Assembly (NCBI GenBank): GCA_020184695.1
Contig: JAANOX010000146.1
Location: forward strand, 62,001-126,000
From: Histomonas meleagridis 2922-C6/04-290x
Lineage: Eukaryota; Protista; Parabasalia
Direction of reading: 5' to 3'
DNA length: 64,000 nucleotides
The notes beneath the pieces are model-generated. The model saw nothing but the letters and a program-made list of their open reading frames with translations, searched no databases and was not told where the DNA came from. Position numbers and translations under genes: made by a program. Within the stretch, counting starts at the first letter, position 1. Every line of letters starts with the position of its first letter. This document shows, piece by piece, positions 10,867 to 20,838 of the stretch.

Positions 10867-12620
10867 TCATTTTTCCTTATTAATAACGGTAAAGTTATGT
10901 ATAAAACTTATCGAATGCGCATCATTTCTACCAATGGATGAGAATTCTTGTCCGTCCTTAAATGTTGGGAATGTTCTAAGTGAAAAATTTCTCATTAAAT
11001 GGGAAATCAAATACACCTTAGTTATACTTCCGTTGTTCTCTACAGCAAATGTTAAAATATTATTAAATCCTTCTTCATATCCATGAATTACAGTAATAAT
11101 AGAAACCATTAAAGGTTTTGCAATATCAATTTTATAATCCATTTCAGTACTATACCCGGGTGTTATCTTAAATCTTTTTTCTAAATCATTTGCTTCTCCA
11201 CGTGGACAATCAGGAAATTATCAACTTTTAGTCCAACAATTGTAAAATTCTTAAAATTAATATAATCATTTTCTATAAGTCCATCTCTATGGAACATAAT
11301 CGTCCATTTACCATTTGGATTTTCACCTAAAAAATGCTCGCGTTGATGCTAAAAATATTGTTCCATTGGTGATAAGTATTATTGCTTGATTAAGTAATAA
11401 TGGATGCGTTACTGCTATTCTTCCTGAAGGTGATATCATATGCACAACAATTCCTTGCGCATGATTTCTTTTAAGTGTAAATGTAATAGAAACATATTCC
11501 ATAAAATGTGTCAACTATTGATAATCAAATGTATAATTAATTTCCGGATTTTGTCCATTGGTAAATAAAACTCATTATTTAACATGATTTTCTCTATAAT
11601 TTTAACAAACTTACTAACATTAACTGGACGTTCAGCATCAGCTCTTCCAAATCCAAACGTCGGATCATTAATAACCAACTGCATTAGTAATCCATTTAGG
11701 ATGATATGAATCAGTAAATGTTGACGTTTTATCAAGAATTAATTGTACATCACGATATGTAAGTTTCAAATTAGCTAAAGCAGAACATGATACAAATAAA
11801 ACTGTAACATCAGTAAATCCTTCATTCTGAGGATACAGTAATGACTTTGGGAATTCTACCATCAGTTCCTTGGTTGGATGATTGGCCAGTGGAAATTGTA
11901 TTGACAAGAATGTTTGATGAATCTTCTGAATAATATGCAATATCCACAAACATTTGATGAACTAACAAATATGGCATCGTAGGAAAGAGCAGATGAGTCA
12001 ACACCAGCAATATGGGAATTGGTTCCTTTTTGTCCTCCATTCAATATTAATGGAACCAAGAACATGACGTCCTTGAAGAACAATTGTATCAAGACCAATC
12101 GGAGTTCCTTCACTGTATTGATATGTTGAATGTGTGGATTCACTTGTAAATGGTTGAAGGAAAATTTTCAGCGATCTCACAAACCCTATTGTAAAAATTA
12201 TTAAAATCGCCTTCTGGCAGATCATCACAAATACTAACAGTACATGAAATACTCGCATTATAAGCGATTCCCATCATGCCTGTATTTGCATTAGCTGCTG
12301 CAACAATACCAATAACAGCTTCTCCACGCTCTTGAGGTGTAAAAAAAACGTTGTTGTTATTGGTAAATAAATTTCTATTATACTCTATTAATACATGATC
12401 TTTGAATTTTTCATGATTAACATTAAACCAACAAAATTAATATGAACACCAGTCCCTGAGTATCCTTGTTGAAGTGCTGGAATATTATTCCAATCTACTC
12501 CATGTGATGTCTGATTTCAAGCCTGCATTTGTACCAATTGTTCATCAAGAGCTCTTTTTGGAAATCTTCAGTAGGTACAAGGTTGGTGGGTTTCTGGCTT
12601 GAAAGAACTTGACAAAAAGC
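10867..12620 (-). pseudogene. Degenerate kexin/furin-like subtilase (peptidase S8B plus P-domain)
   Basis: Fragments in changing frames, in the correct order: QGYSGTGVHINFV (Asp region), ERGEAVIGIVAAANANTGMMGIAYNA (His region, His replaced by Arg), NGG (oxyanion region), ANLKLTYRDVQLIL..KWITNAVGY..FGFGRADA, and P-domain EYVSITFT..ISPSG and GENPNGKWTI. Multiple frameshifts and stops. Boundaries approximate. Confidence 0.8.
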
Positions 12621-13028
12621 CAAAAAAAAAAAATTAAATATGGTTTGTAAAGTCAAACCATTGAAAATTTTCTTAAAATTGTATTGTTATCGTATTTTTC
12701 TCTGATGTTCATCGTTGTAAAATATTCAAAATTTATTGTTTGATAACTAAGTTATATATATACCAAACAAGTTCGATATAAAATATCTCTTGAAGCAAAC
12801 ACTGGCAATATCAAAACGATTAAGCTTAATCTTTATGATATAATATCAAATAGAAGGATTTATTGCATTGATTTTGAAGATTTCTTGTCAAAAGTAAGTG
12901 ACCGTTTAAAACCCGGTCAAATTTAATTAAATTTTTACGGTGATTAACCGAATTTCTATCAACTTTTTTAATCCAAACACATCGCCCCAACCCAAATGCC
13001 AGTTCCGGTGATTCTGATCATATTATAA

Positions 13029-13526
13029 ATGTCATTACAAAATAACTATCCCAATAATTCAATCACAAGCAAATCAATTGAAAGCTCTTCAAGTTTTCAT
13101 CCAAATGAGGTTGAACCCAATCCATTCAGCCAAACTTCCACAACGCAAGAAAATAATTTATGCACAGACAACTGGGACGGAAGGAGTGATGAAAGAATTG
13201 ACAAATATCCAATCAATAGTGATTTACAAATTGTCAGTGCAGAAACATCAAGTGAAATAAGTTTGCAAAGTAATAAAGTTGACACTGAAACGCCTTATAA
13301 AAAAATGGATTTCTCACAAAAAGAAAATTATAACACAATTGACTCATTTAAAAATTGTATTGTAAAAAGTTTTGATTTTGCAGACAGACTTGCAACAAAG
13401 GCCGTCACAAAAACAGAAAAAATTATTTCGCCTACTGCTTCTGTATTTAAGTCTTTAGGTAACTTTTTGCAGAAAGTTGAGGGATCCACCAAGTTCGCAA
13501 ACAGATTTATGAATTCGATATTCTAA
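13029..13526 (+). CDS. Hypothetical S/N-rich protein (165 aa), possibly the 5' part of a longer disrupted gene
   Basis: ATG-initiated ORF with plausible composition and no recognisable domain. Confidence 0.5.
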   Translation: MSLQNNYPNNSITSKSIESSSSFHPNEVEPNPFSQTSTTQENNLCTDNWDGRSDERIDKYPINSDLQIVSAETSSEISLQSNKVDTETPYKKMDFSQKENYNTIDSFKNCIVKSFDFADRLATKAVTKTEKIISPTASVFKSLGNFLQKVEGSTKFANRFMNSIF

Positions 13527-13595
13527 TTAAATAAATATTATTAATAGATTTATTTGTTTTTTATTAGGAATTGTCTTGTTTGAATTAAATCTTAG

Positions 13596-13953
13596 GTAGG
13601 TCGACTTGTGAATGAAATCCAAATTGTTGTGTGTGGGGTTTGTTTTGGAATGATCCACAATCAATCAGATCTACAAATAAATTTCGAGAAGCCATCCCTT
13701 GCCGCTGAACATGTACAGTGTTTTTTTGATTGTATAAAATGAGAAGTTCTTTCATTACCTGACTTTGATGTTGTTAGGTTTTATGACCTATCGTTTAGGT
13801 GATAAACTGGACGCACTGGACTATCCCGAATTTCTTTTATTGGTGAACGGTGTTCAATCAATTCAAGATCAATACGTCAAAGAAGAACTCCTTGCTGTGT
13901 TTGATGACGTAATAAGGTACTGCCAAAAAAAAGTTACAGTGTATTATTCATAA
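13596..13953 (+). pseudogene. Coding-like remnant (VGRLVNEIQIVVCG... / GDKLDALDYPEFLL...)
   Basis: Protein-like reading in the same frame as 13029-13526, with TGA at 13740 and a frameshift near 13795. Confidence 0.3.
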
Positions 13954-15204
13954 AACATAAAGAGATTGAATATAAGATTATACTTTGTGACTTTAATAGT
14001 GTTTTGATGGTGTTAAAATAAATTTCAATTTACATTTGTTTTTGCTTATTTAGGAAAATTCTCTAAAATGTACCAAAGAATTTTTATGAAACCTATATAA
14101 ATTTAAAATATTAATTAATGTCTCTTTAATGGAACATCATTTAATTCTTAAAAAAAATCAATAAATTTGCGATTGCCATTTAAAAAAAATATAAAGTTGT
14201 ATTTACTAAAGCACTTATATAAAAAAATTAGTTTGATTTTATTAAGGATAATATTGATTTATTGTGAGTTTTTTCCTTACACTCAAATCTTTCAATTCTT
14301 AAAATTTTCTCATAAAATTCATAAATTAAATAATAAATTAAATACTCGTATGTGATATTTATTTATATTTTTATTGAAGCTTTGATAATTTTTACAAGGT
14401 TATGAAATTCGCTTGTGCCCTTCTTTTAGACATCAAAATAATTTTTGTGCTTGTTTTGAATTGGTTTTCATTCACTTAACTGCTTTGTTAGCGTTTTCCT
14501 TTATGACCACACTTGTTTAAATCGTAGATGTAAAAATTATATTCCAACTTTATAATTTTATAATATTGACACAAAATATCATAGAATTTATAAATAATTT
14601 TTTTTTTATTTTTAGTAAATAACCTAAAAAGTTTTGACGTTTGAAATTATGATCAAATTCAAGATTTGCAATTAATTTTATTAAGTTTTTAATCTGATTT
14701 TAAAATAGTTATGTGAAAATATGAATCCTATGGATTTCTCAAAAGTTAACTTCAAGAATTTACTAAATTGCATAATCTGTAATTGCTTTAAATTTATATT
14801 ATAAAAAAGCTAAAAATTCTTTGATTACAGTCATATTGCAGAAAAGGTAAGTTGTCAGGATGTTATACAGAATTTTTTGAATTCAAATAACGAGAACAAA
14901 ATGACGCCGGTTAATTCACTTTTTCACAAAACTAAAAAAACAAAAATATTTTGTAATACAAGGAAAATATTTGAATATAATTTCTATTTAAAATAATACC
15001 TTAATATGGGATTATAAATCTTTTCATTTGTATTTTTTATCTTAAAGCAAGATCACTTCTGTCTTGGATCAAGAAAAATTTTTCCAAAAGTGTCTCTGAA
15101 AATCATTTTCGAAATCCCAAAATTCTGGTGCTTTCAAAATTGTATCAAAATAAATGTAAACCATGCAAAATTATGCATATCGTTATATTCGTACTGTTTT
15201 TTAA

Positions 15205-17118
15205 ATGAAAGAAGCAAAACAAAACGACTATTTCCAATACTTTGATCCTTCTCCGTTTCTCGAACAAGATGTGCTTCAGCGTGTTAAGAAACAAGTAGAA
15301 CTTATTCCAGTTTTAAATAGGATTGACACATCATTAAAGCAAATATCAGGACATTTAAGTGGTATCAAAGATGATATAACACTTTTGGAAAAGAGTTGTG
15401 AAGGATTAAATATAAATAAGAATTTTACTGCTCTGTTTTCAACTTTAGGATCTTTTCTTCAAAGTTGTGGAACAAACGTTATGGCTCAATGTCAAATGCA
15501 TTTATCTGCTCAAAAGGAAGTTGTGCTTCCAGAGCTTTCTAATTTAAAGAATGAATTTGTTAAAGTCAATTCTGAATATCAAAAAGTTATTGAAGATTAT
15601 GGAAATTTAACACCAAAAACGAAACCAGAAGTAACCAGTGCCACTGAGCTTGCACTTAAAAAATCCATGATTCGTCGTGCTGAAGTATTTTATGAGATGT
15701 GCCAAAAACTCCACAGCTCTGAAGAAAACACAATACCATCCATCATTATCACTATTGCTCACTTTATTAGTTACTTTGCGAGTACACTCAAAAATTTCAT
15801 AACCCAGAATGAAGGTGAAATTTACAACGTATCAACCTACATAGAAAGTAACGAACCTGTTCTTAAAAGCTATCTTAAAGAGATCAACACTTTACATGGT
15901 ACAAAAAATCCTTCATATCAATATGCTGTTCAATCTTGGGATTGTCGTGATGGTATTATATCACCTACAACTAACCTTATTCATGCATCTAGCGTGATGT
16001 GGATTCGTTCCCATAAACTTGTTACTAATTGGACCCGTAAGCATGTCACTTTTAACGATGGACTTCTTTCAATTTATGATCCGACAAACGGTCGCAAGGA
16101 TCAATCGTATCAACTTTCCATTGTTACAGCTGTACCTGTTCCAAAGAAGAAGCGTAGGTTCTGTTTTAAAGTTCAAAGCCCACAACTAACGATTCAACTT
16201 GAAGCAATTTCCAAATTTGATATGGACGAATGGATTTCAATATTTACCGAACATAACAATAAACTCTTAATTGGAGATTCTAAAGACACAGGGTCACAAC
16301 GGCAATGTTGTGCAGATTGTGGTTCAACTGATGCACAATGGTGTTCACTTAATTGGTGTGTTTCATTGTGTCTAAAATGTTGTGGAACACATCGCCAACT
16401 ATCAACAAAAACATCTAAAGTACGTTCTTTGATGTTAGATAAGATGCATCCTTTCTTGCAAAATATGTTAACCGAAATGACCAATTCAGCTGCCAATAAA
16501 TTGTTACTAGAACGGCCTTGCGACATGGAAGTGTCGCCACGCATGAATGACCAATTACGTTCCATATATATTACACGAAAATATCAACAAAAAGAATGGG
16601 CTACTAAAGCGCCAATTCCAGATCCGTTCGAAGCAATCCTCAATAACGACCATCGCTCTCTGTTCCATGCCCTCAACTTTGGTAAAACCGATGAACAATT
16701 TGATTCCGTCAAACCATTACATGCTGCATGCGCTAAAGGAGATCCTCTTTTAGTAGCAATTGCTGCATCTTGTTCAGCATTTTTAGACGTGCAAGACCTA
16801 AATGGTTGGACTCCATTATGCTATGCAGTATTTTATCGAAATGTCGAAGTTGTCAAATTTTTGATTGATTTCGGCGCTCAGCCTGACAAAGCGGGTATAG
16901 ATCTGTTCACACTTGTGCTAATAATCAACGATGAGGAGATGAACAAATTATTGTTGGACAAGGCGGCAACAACACCGAAAATGAGAGTTTACGCGCCAAG
17001 GACCACAAAGTTTGCGCCTCAAGGAAAGGAGGACTTAAAGGAAATAGTGGCAACTAACGAAAATATCATTGTGGCGGCTTCGTTGGCTGAGTCAATTCAA
17101 GCTCAAAAAAATAGCTAA
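15205..17118 (+). CDS. ACAP/centaurin-beta-like ArfGAP (BAR-PH-ArfGAP-ankyrin, 637 aa)
   Basis: Helical N-terminus, PH domain (WTRKHVTFNDGLL..RRFCFKVQSP..MDEWISIF), ArfGAP Zn finger CADC-x16-CLKC followed by THR (catalytic Arg), and ankyrin repeats (KPLHAAC, GWTPLCYAV). Confidence 0.92.
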   Translation: MKEAKQNDYFQYFDPSPFLEQDVLQRVKKQVELIPVLNRIDTSLKQISGHLSGIKDDITLLEKSCEGLNINKNFTALFSTLGSFLQSCGTNVMAQCQMHLSAQKEVVLPELSNLKNEFVKVNSEYQKVIEDYGNLTPKTKPEVTSATELALKKSMIRRAEVFYEMCQKLHSSEENTIPSIIITIAHFISYFASTLKNFITQNEGEIYNVSTYIESNEPVLKSYLKEINTLHGTKNPSYQYAVQSWDCRDGIISPTTNLIHASSVMWIRSHKLVTNWTRKHVTFNDGLLSIYDPTNGRKDQSYQLSIVTAVPVPKKKRRFCFKVQSPQLTIQLEAISKFDMDEWISIFTEHNNKLLIGDSKDTGSQRQCCADCGSTDAQWCSLNWCVSLCLKCCGTHRQLSTKTSKVRSLMLDKMHPFLQNMLTEMTNSAANKLLLERPCDMEVSPRMNDQLRSIYITRKYQQKEWATKAPIPDPFEAILNNDHRSLFHALNFGKTDEQFDSVKPLHAACAKGDPLLVAIAASCSAFLDVQDLNGWTPLCYAVFYRNVEVVKFLIDFGAQPDKAGIDLFTLVLIINDEEMNKLLLDKAATTPKMRVYAPRTTKFAPQGKEDLKEIVATNENIIVAASLAESIQAQKNS

Positions 17119-17243
17119 GTTAGTTACTCGGAAACAAATTTAAAATAAATTTGGTGAATTTAATTTTTTGTTTTGGGTTTTTGTGAGTAGTCTTTTTATC
17201 GAACAAAACCAAAAGTGAAAATGTAAAAAAAAATATAAAAAAA

Positions 17244-17315
17244 GGGGCAATCCGGGAATTGAACCCGGGACCTCACGCACCCTAAGCGTGAATCATTCCA
17301 CTAGACCAATTGCCC
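17244..17315 (-). tRNA. tRNA-Pro (AGG)
   Basis: Cloverleaf: acceptor GGGCAAT/ATTGCCC, anticodon arm CACGC-TTAGGGT-GCGTG, T-loop GTTCAATTC, followed by a T-run terminator. Confidence 0.95.
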
Positions 17316-17444
17316 TCCTGTTTTTTTAATGTTTATAAAATATTATAATAAACAAATAATAGCTTCTAGAAAACAGTAAATATTCTCATTCCTTAAATCT
17401 GATCTCATCATAAAATGTTATAATTTAGTATTAAAAAAATTATT

Positions 17445-18293
17445 TTAATGAATTTTCCAACTGTTGAGCATCTTTGTGAATTCTGGGTCATAATGATTGC
17501 AAATTTCACTATGTCCTTTATCTAATTTAGCAATTTCATTCATTTCTTCATCAGTTAACTTGAAATCCCAAATGTTCAAATTTTCAATGATACGTTCGTT
17601 ACGAACCGACTTTGGAATTACACAAACGTCACGTTGTGTGTTCCATCTTAGTGCGACTTGAGCAATTGATTTGCCATGTGCATCAGCAATCTTCTTAAGT
17701 GTTTCATTTTGGAAGATTCCAAACTTACCTTCAGCAAGAGGTGCCCATGCCATAACATGAATCTTATATTCATTCATGAGCTTGATGGCTTCAATTTGAT
17801 GATAGAATGGATGAACTTCAATTTGATTAACATGTGGAACAATCTTAACATTAAGACAGAGGTCAAGAAGGCGGTCGCTATAGAAGTTTGAAACACCAAT
17901 TGCACGAATTTTCTTGGCTTCATATAATTCTTCCATTGCACGCCATGAACCATAGTAATCACCATATGGTTGATGGATCAAATAGAGATCGAGATAGTCA
18001 AGGCCTAACTTCTTCATGGATGTTTCAAAGGCTTTCTTTGCGTTTTCATATCCTGCGTCTTGAATCCAAAGTTTTGTAACAATGAAAAGTTATTCCCTTG
18101 GAACTCCAGATTCTTTGATAGCAGCTCCAACAGCTTCTTCATTGAAATAAGCTGCAGCCGTATCAATTAGTCTATATCCAGCTTTTATTGCATTGAGCAC
18201 TGCTTGTTTGCATTCTTCACCATCAGGAACTTGATAGACGCCAAAGCCTTCGAGTGGCATTACAACACCATTGCTTAAAGTAATGTTTTGCAT
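17445..18293 (-). pseudogene. Aldo/keto reductase (bacterial 2,5-diketo-D-gluconate reductase-like) with one in-frame TAA
   Basis: [53 protein letters not shown]. The two track ORFs are in the same frame, separated only by TAA at 18090-18092 where GAA (Glu) is expected. Confidence 0.9.
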
Positions 18294-18295
18294 GA

Positions 18296-18306
18296 AAATG
18301 AAATGA
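18296..18306 (-). promoter_or_regulatory. Parabasalid initiator (Inr)-like motif, tandem TCATTT
   Basis: The minus strand reads TTTCATTTCATTTTC-ATG directly before the AKR start. The same TCATTT occurs at 60222-60227 before the EF-hand gene ATG. Confidence 0.45.
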
Positions 18307-18681
18307 AATAACTGGTCTCAAATTTTTTTGGGGTTTCCTTCTCAATTTTTATCGTATGCTACAGAAAATGGAAACCGTTAATTCTTCGGCAGGCGTTTTG
18401 TTGGACATCAACTCTCATTCCAAAGTAGAATCTAGAAAAAGGAAATCATTTATTAAATATTAACAATTTAATTAATGAAATGAAAATTTAAATATATGTG
18501 TGCTCAAGCATATGGTTTTGGACATAAAAAAGAATTTGGTGTTATTGCTCAATAATTTATAATTTCTAAATTTCTTAAGACAACAAATTAACATGTTTTG
18601 TATTATGTAGAAATAATTTAATGATGAATTTCTATAAAATAAAGTCAAAAAAATGTGAATGCAAGAAAAAAATCAAAAAAA

Positions 18682-18754
18682 TGGGACTCCGCGGACTCGA
18701 ACCACGTACCTCACGATCTTCAGTCGTGTGCTCTCCCAGGTGAGCTAGAGTCCC
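18682..18754 (-). tRNA. tRNA-Phe (GAA)
   Basis: Acceptor GGGACTC/GAGTCCC, anticodon arm CACGA-CTGAAGA-TCGTG, T-loop GTTCGAGTC. Confidence 0.95.
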
Positions 18755-18838
18755 TTTTGATTTTCCTATGCAAGGAGTGCCCGTGATAAATATAATTGAA
18801 TAAATGAATTAACTTGTGAGTATTTTTTCTATAATTTA

Positions 18839-20371
18839 ATGATTAACTTCGCAAAATACGAAAATTCTCAAGAATTTATTGAATTGGCAAAACTAATAAA
18901 TGAGTTAGAAAAAAATAATTTAAGTAACGAAGAAAACCAAGATATTATTTTTGGAGAACTCCAAACCAAAATCAATGCATTTCTTGATTTGACAAATGAT
19001 ATTTATGATTTTAAAGAACAGCAACTTCAAGGTGCACAACTATTCCATATATTAATATCAATTATCAAGTACCTCACAAGTCGTATTCAGAACTCATTTG
19101 ATCAAGAAATTGAAGAGCCTGAAACAAAGGACAATTTATCTGAAGAAATTGATGGTAGGTACCCAACACTTTTATTACTTGAACAAAAGGTATTATCACT
19201 TAATGAAGAAAACGTTGAATTTGTCATTCAGTCTATCATTGATCTCTTTGATAAATCATTTCCTGATACATTTAATCTTATAATCAGTCAAATCATATAC
19301 AAAGGATTTGTCTCACGCAAACTTGAAGCAAACATCTGTTTCAAATTCATTCAAATACTTGAAACAAAAGAAACCTTCAAAAACCAAAATCTTATTCAAA
19401 TATTTTCTCAATATTTAATTGATAATATTAATAAACAAGAATCGAAATACCTCATTGAGCAAATGATTGATCAACATATAATTGCTGAAAGTTTTCTTCT
19501 TGAAAATGAAAATTTTGATATTTATTTTGACTATGAATATTTTGCACATCGACGAACTTATTCGCAACATGAAATCAACGCTTTAAACCAAATAATTACT
19601 TCAAGGAATAATTGGGAACTTCATCGACAATTAATTAAAGAAGGAATTAATCCGAATGAACTTTCGAAAATAATTCGAAATGATGAAATTGAAAAACTTC
19701 AAGAAATATCATCACAAAGTAATTTCGATTTTAATCAAAGAATTATACCATCATATTATGAAAGATGTACATTTATTAACAATCCAAATGTTACATTACT
19801 TAATTATGCTGCGTTTTTCTCATCAGTTAAATGTTTTAAATATTTACTTATGAAAGGTTCTAAAATTGATTATTCTTATATCCAAATTCCATTCCTAATT
19901 AACAGTCACATTACAAATTCATTAATATATGCCATCGCAGGAGGAAACTCCGAAATCATTAAAATATTAGAAGAAAATAATGCATCTTATCAAAACGCAT
20001 ATGAAACATCGATAGAATTCCATCAAAACAAAATATTTTATTATTTGTACGAAAATAAAAAGATTCCAATTGATGATATAACTAAATTAGGATGTGTATG
20101 TATCCAAAATTGTAATTACGAAGTTTTATCTTATTTAGAAAAAGAAGGAATGAATGTTAATAAAGAAATGATTCAAATGATAGCTAAAGTAGGAAATGTT
20201 TATCTTTTTGAACATTTCGTTAAAAACATTCCAATTCCAAAGGATATTTTGTTGTGTGCAATCATTTCTAATAACCCTGAGTTTGTTATATATTTGATAC
20301 CAAAAGAAGGCGTTGATGTAAATGCAAAAAATGTTTTTTTCGTTGTTTTGAAGTTCGTTTGTTTTGCGTGA
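18839..20371 (+). CDS. DUF3447/ankyrin-repeat protein (locus A); the ORF ends inside the first T-rich spacer
   Basis: NNWELHRQLIKEGINPNELSKIIRNDEIEKLQ..LLNYAAFFSSVKCFKYLL..YAIAGGNSEII is the typical trichomonad DUF3447 core. The ORF ends GVDVNAKN-VFFVVLKFVCFA*. Confidence 0.85.
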   Translation: MINFAKYENSQEFIELAKLINELEKNNLSNEENQDIIFGELQTKINAFLDLTNDIYDFKEQQLQGAQLFHILISIIKYLTSRIQNSFDQEIEEPETKDNLSEEIDGRYPTLLLLEQKVLSLNEENVEFVIQSIIDLFDKSFPDTFNLIISQIIYKGFVSRKLEANICFKFIQILETKETFKNQNLIQIFSQYLIDNINKQESKYLIEQMIDQHIIAESFLLENENFDIYFDYEYFAHRRTYSQHEINALNQIITSRNNWELHRQLIKEGINPNELSKIIRNDEIEKLQEISSQSNFDFNQRIIPSYYERCTFINNPNVTLLNYAAFFSSVKCFKYLLMKGSKIDYSYIQIPFLINSHITNSLIYAIAGGNSEIIKILEENNASYQNAYETSIEFHQNKIFYYLYENKKIPIDDITKLGCVCIQNCNYEVLSYLEKEGMNVNKEMIQMIAKVGNVYLFEHFVKNIPIPKDILLCAIISNNPEFVIYLIPKEGVDVNAKNVFFVVLKFVCFA

Positions 20372-20406
20372 AGTTCTATTTTGTGGTTTAATGTTTTTTT
20401 GATTTT

Positions 20407-20640
20407 TGTACTTCGATTTTAATGTGGGCTGCTCAAAATGGGTATATTAATGTTGTCGAAAAACTTCTCGAACAAAAGACTATAAATGTTTACGCTAAAA
20501 ATGTCGTTGATTATGAGCTTTTTATGTTTTATTTCTATATTTGGAGTTTATTTAATTTGTTTGCAAGAGCAATTAAAATGGCATCCGATAATGGGCACAA
20601 GAAAATCGTAAGACTCCTTAAAGCAAGAATGTCAAAATAG
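20407..20640 (+). other. Two further ankyrin-repeat cores of locus A, downstream of the stop and in a different frame
   Basis: TSILMWAAQNGYINVVEKLLEQKTINVYAKN, a 57-nt in-frame T-rich insert, then FARAIKMASDNGHKKIVRLLK. Confidence 0.8.
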
Positions 20641-20838
20641 CTTTTAGTAAAAAATAAGCACCTCAGAATTTCTTTACATACAATCGATTTTCATTAAAAC
20701 AGGCATTATAAGAATTCAAATAATTCTGAATAGATACGATTAAAACACTGTTAAAAAGTTGTGTTTTTCAAATCTTTACTCGAAATTTGAATGCTGACTT
20801 TAAATTCCAAAAAGATTTCTCACCAAAGATTTTTCTAA

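Noticed and set aside
18090-18092. Stop-codon reassignment (TAA read as Glu/Gln) to explain in-frame stops
   Set aside because: ORFs of 2000-3000 codons in very AT-rich DNA contain no internal TAA/TAG, and most genes end in TAA, so the standard code fits.
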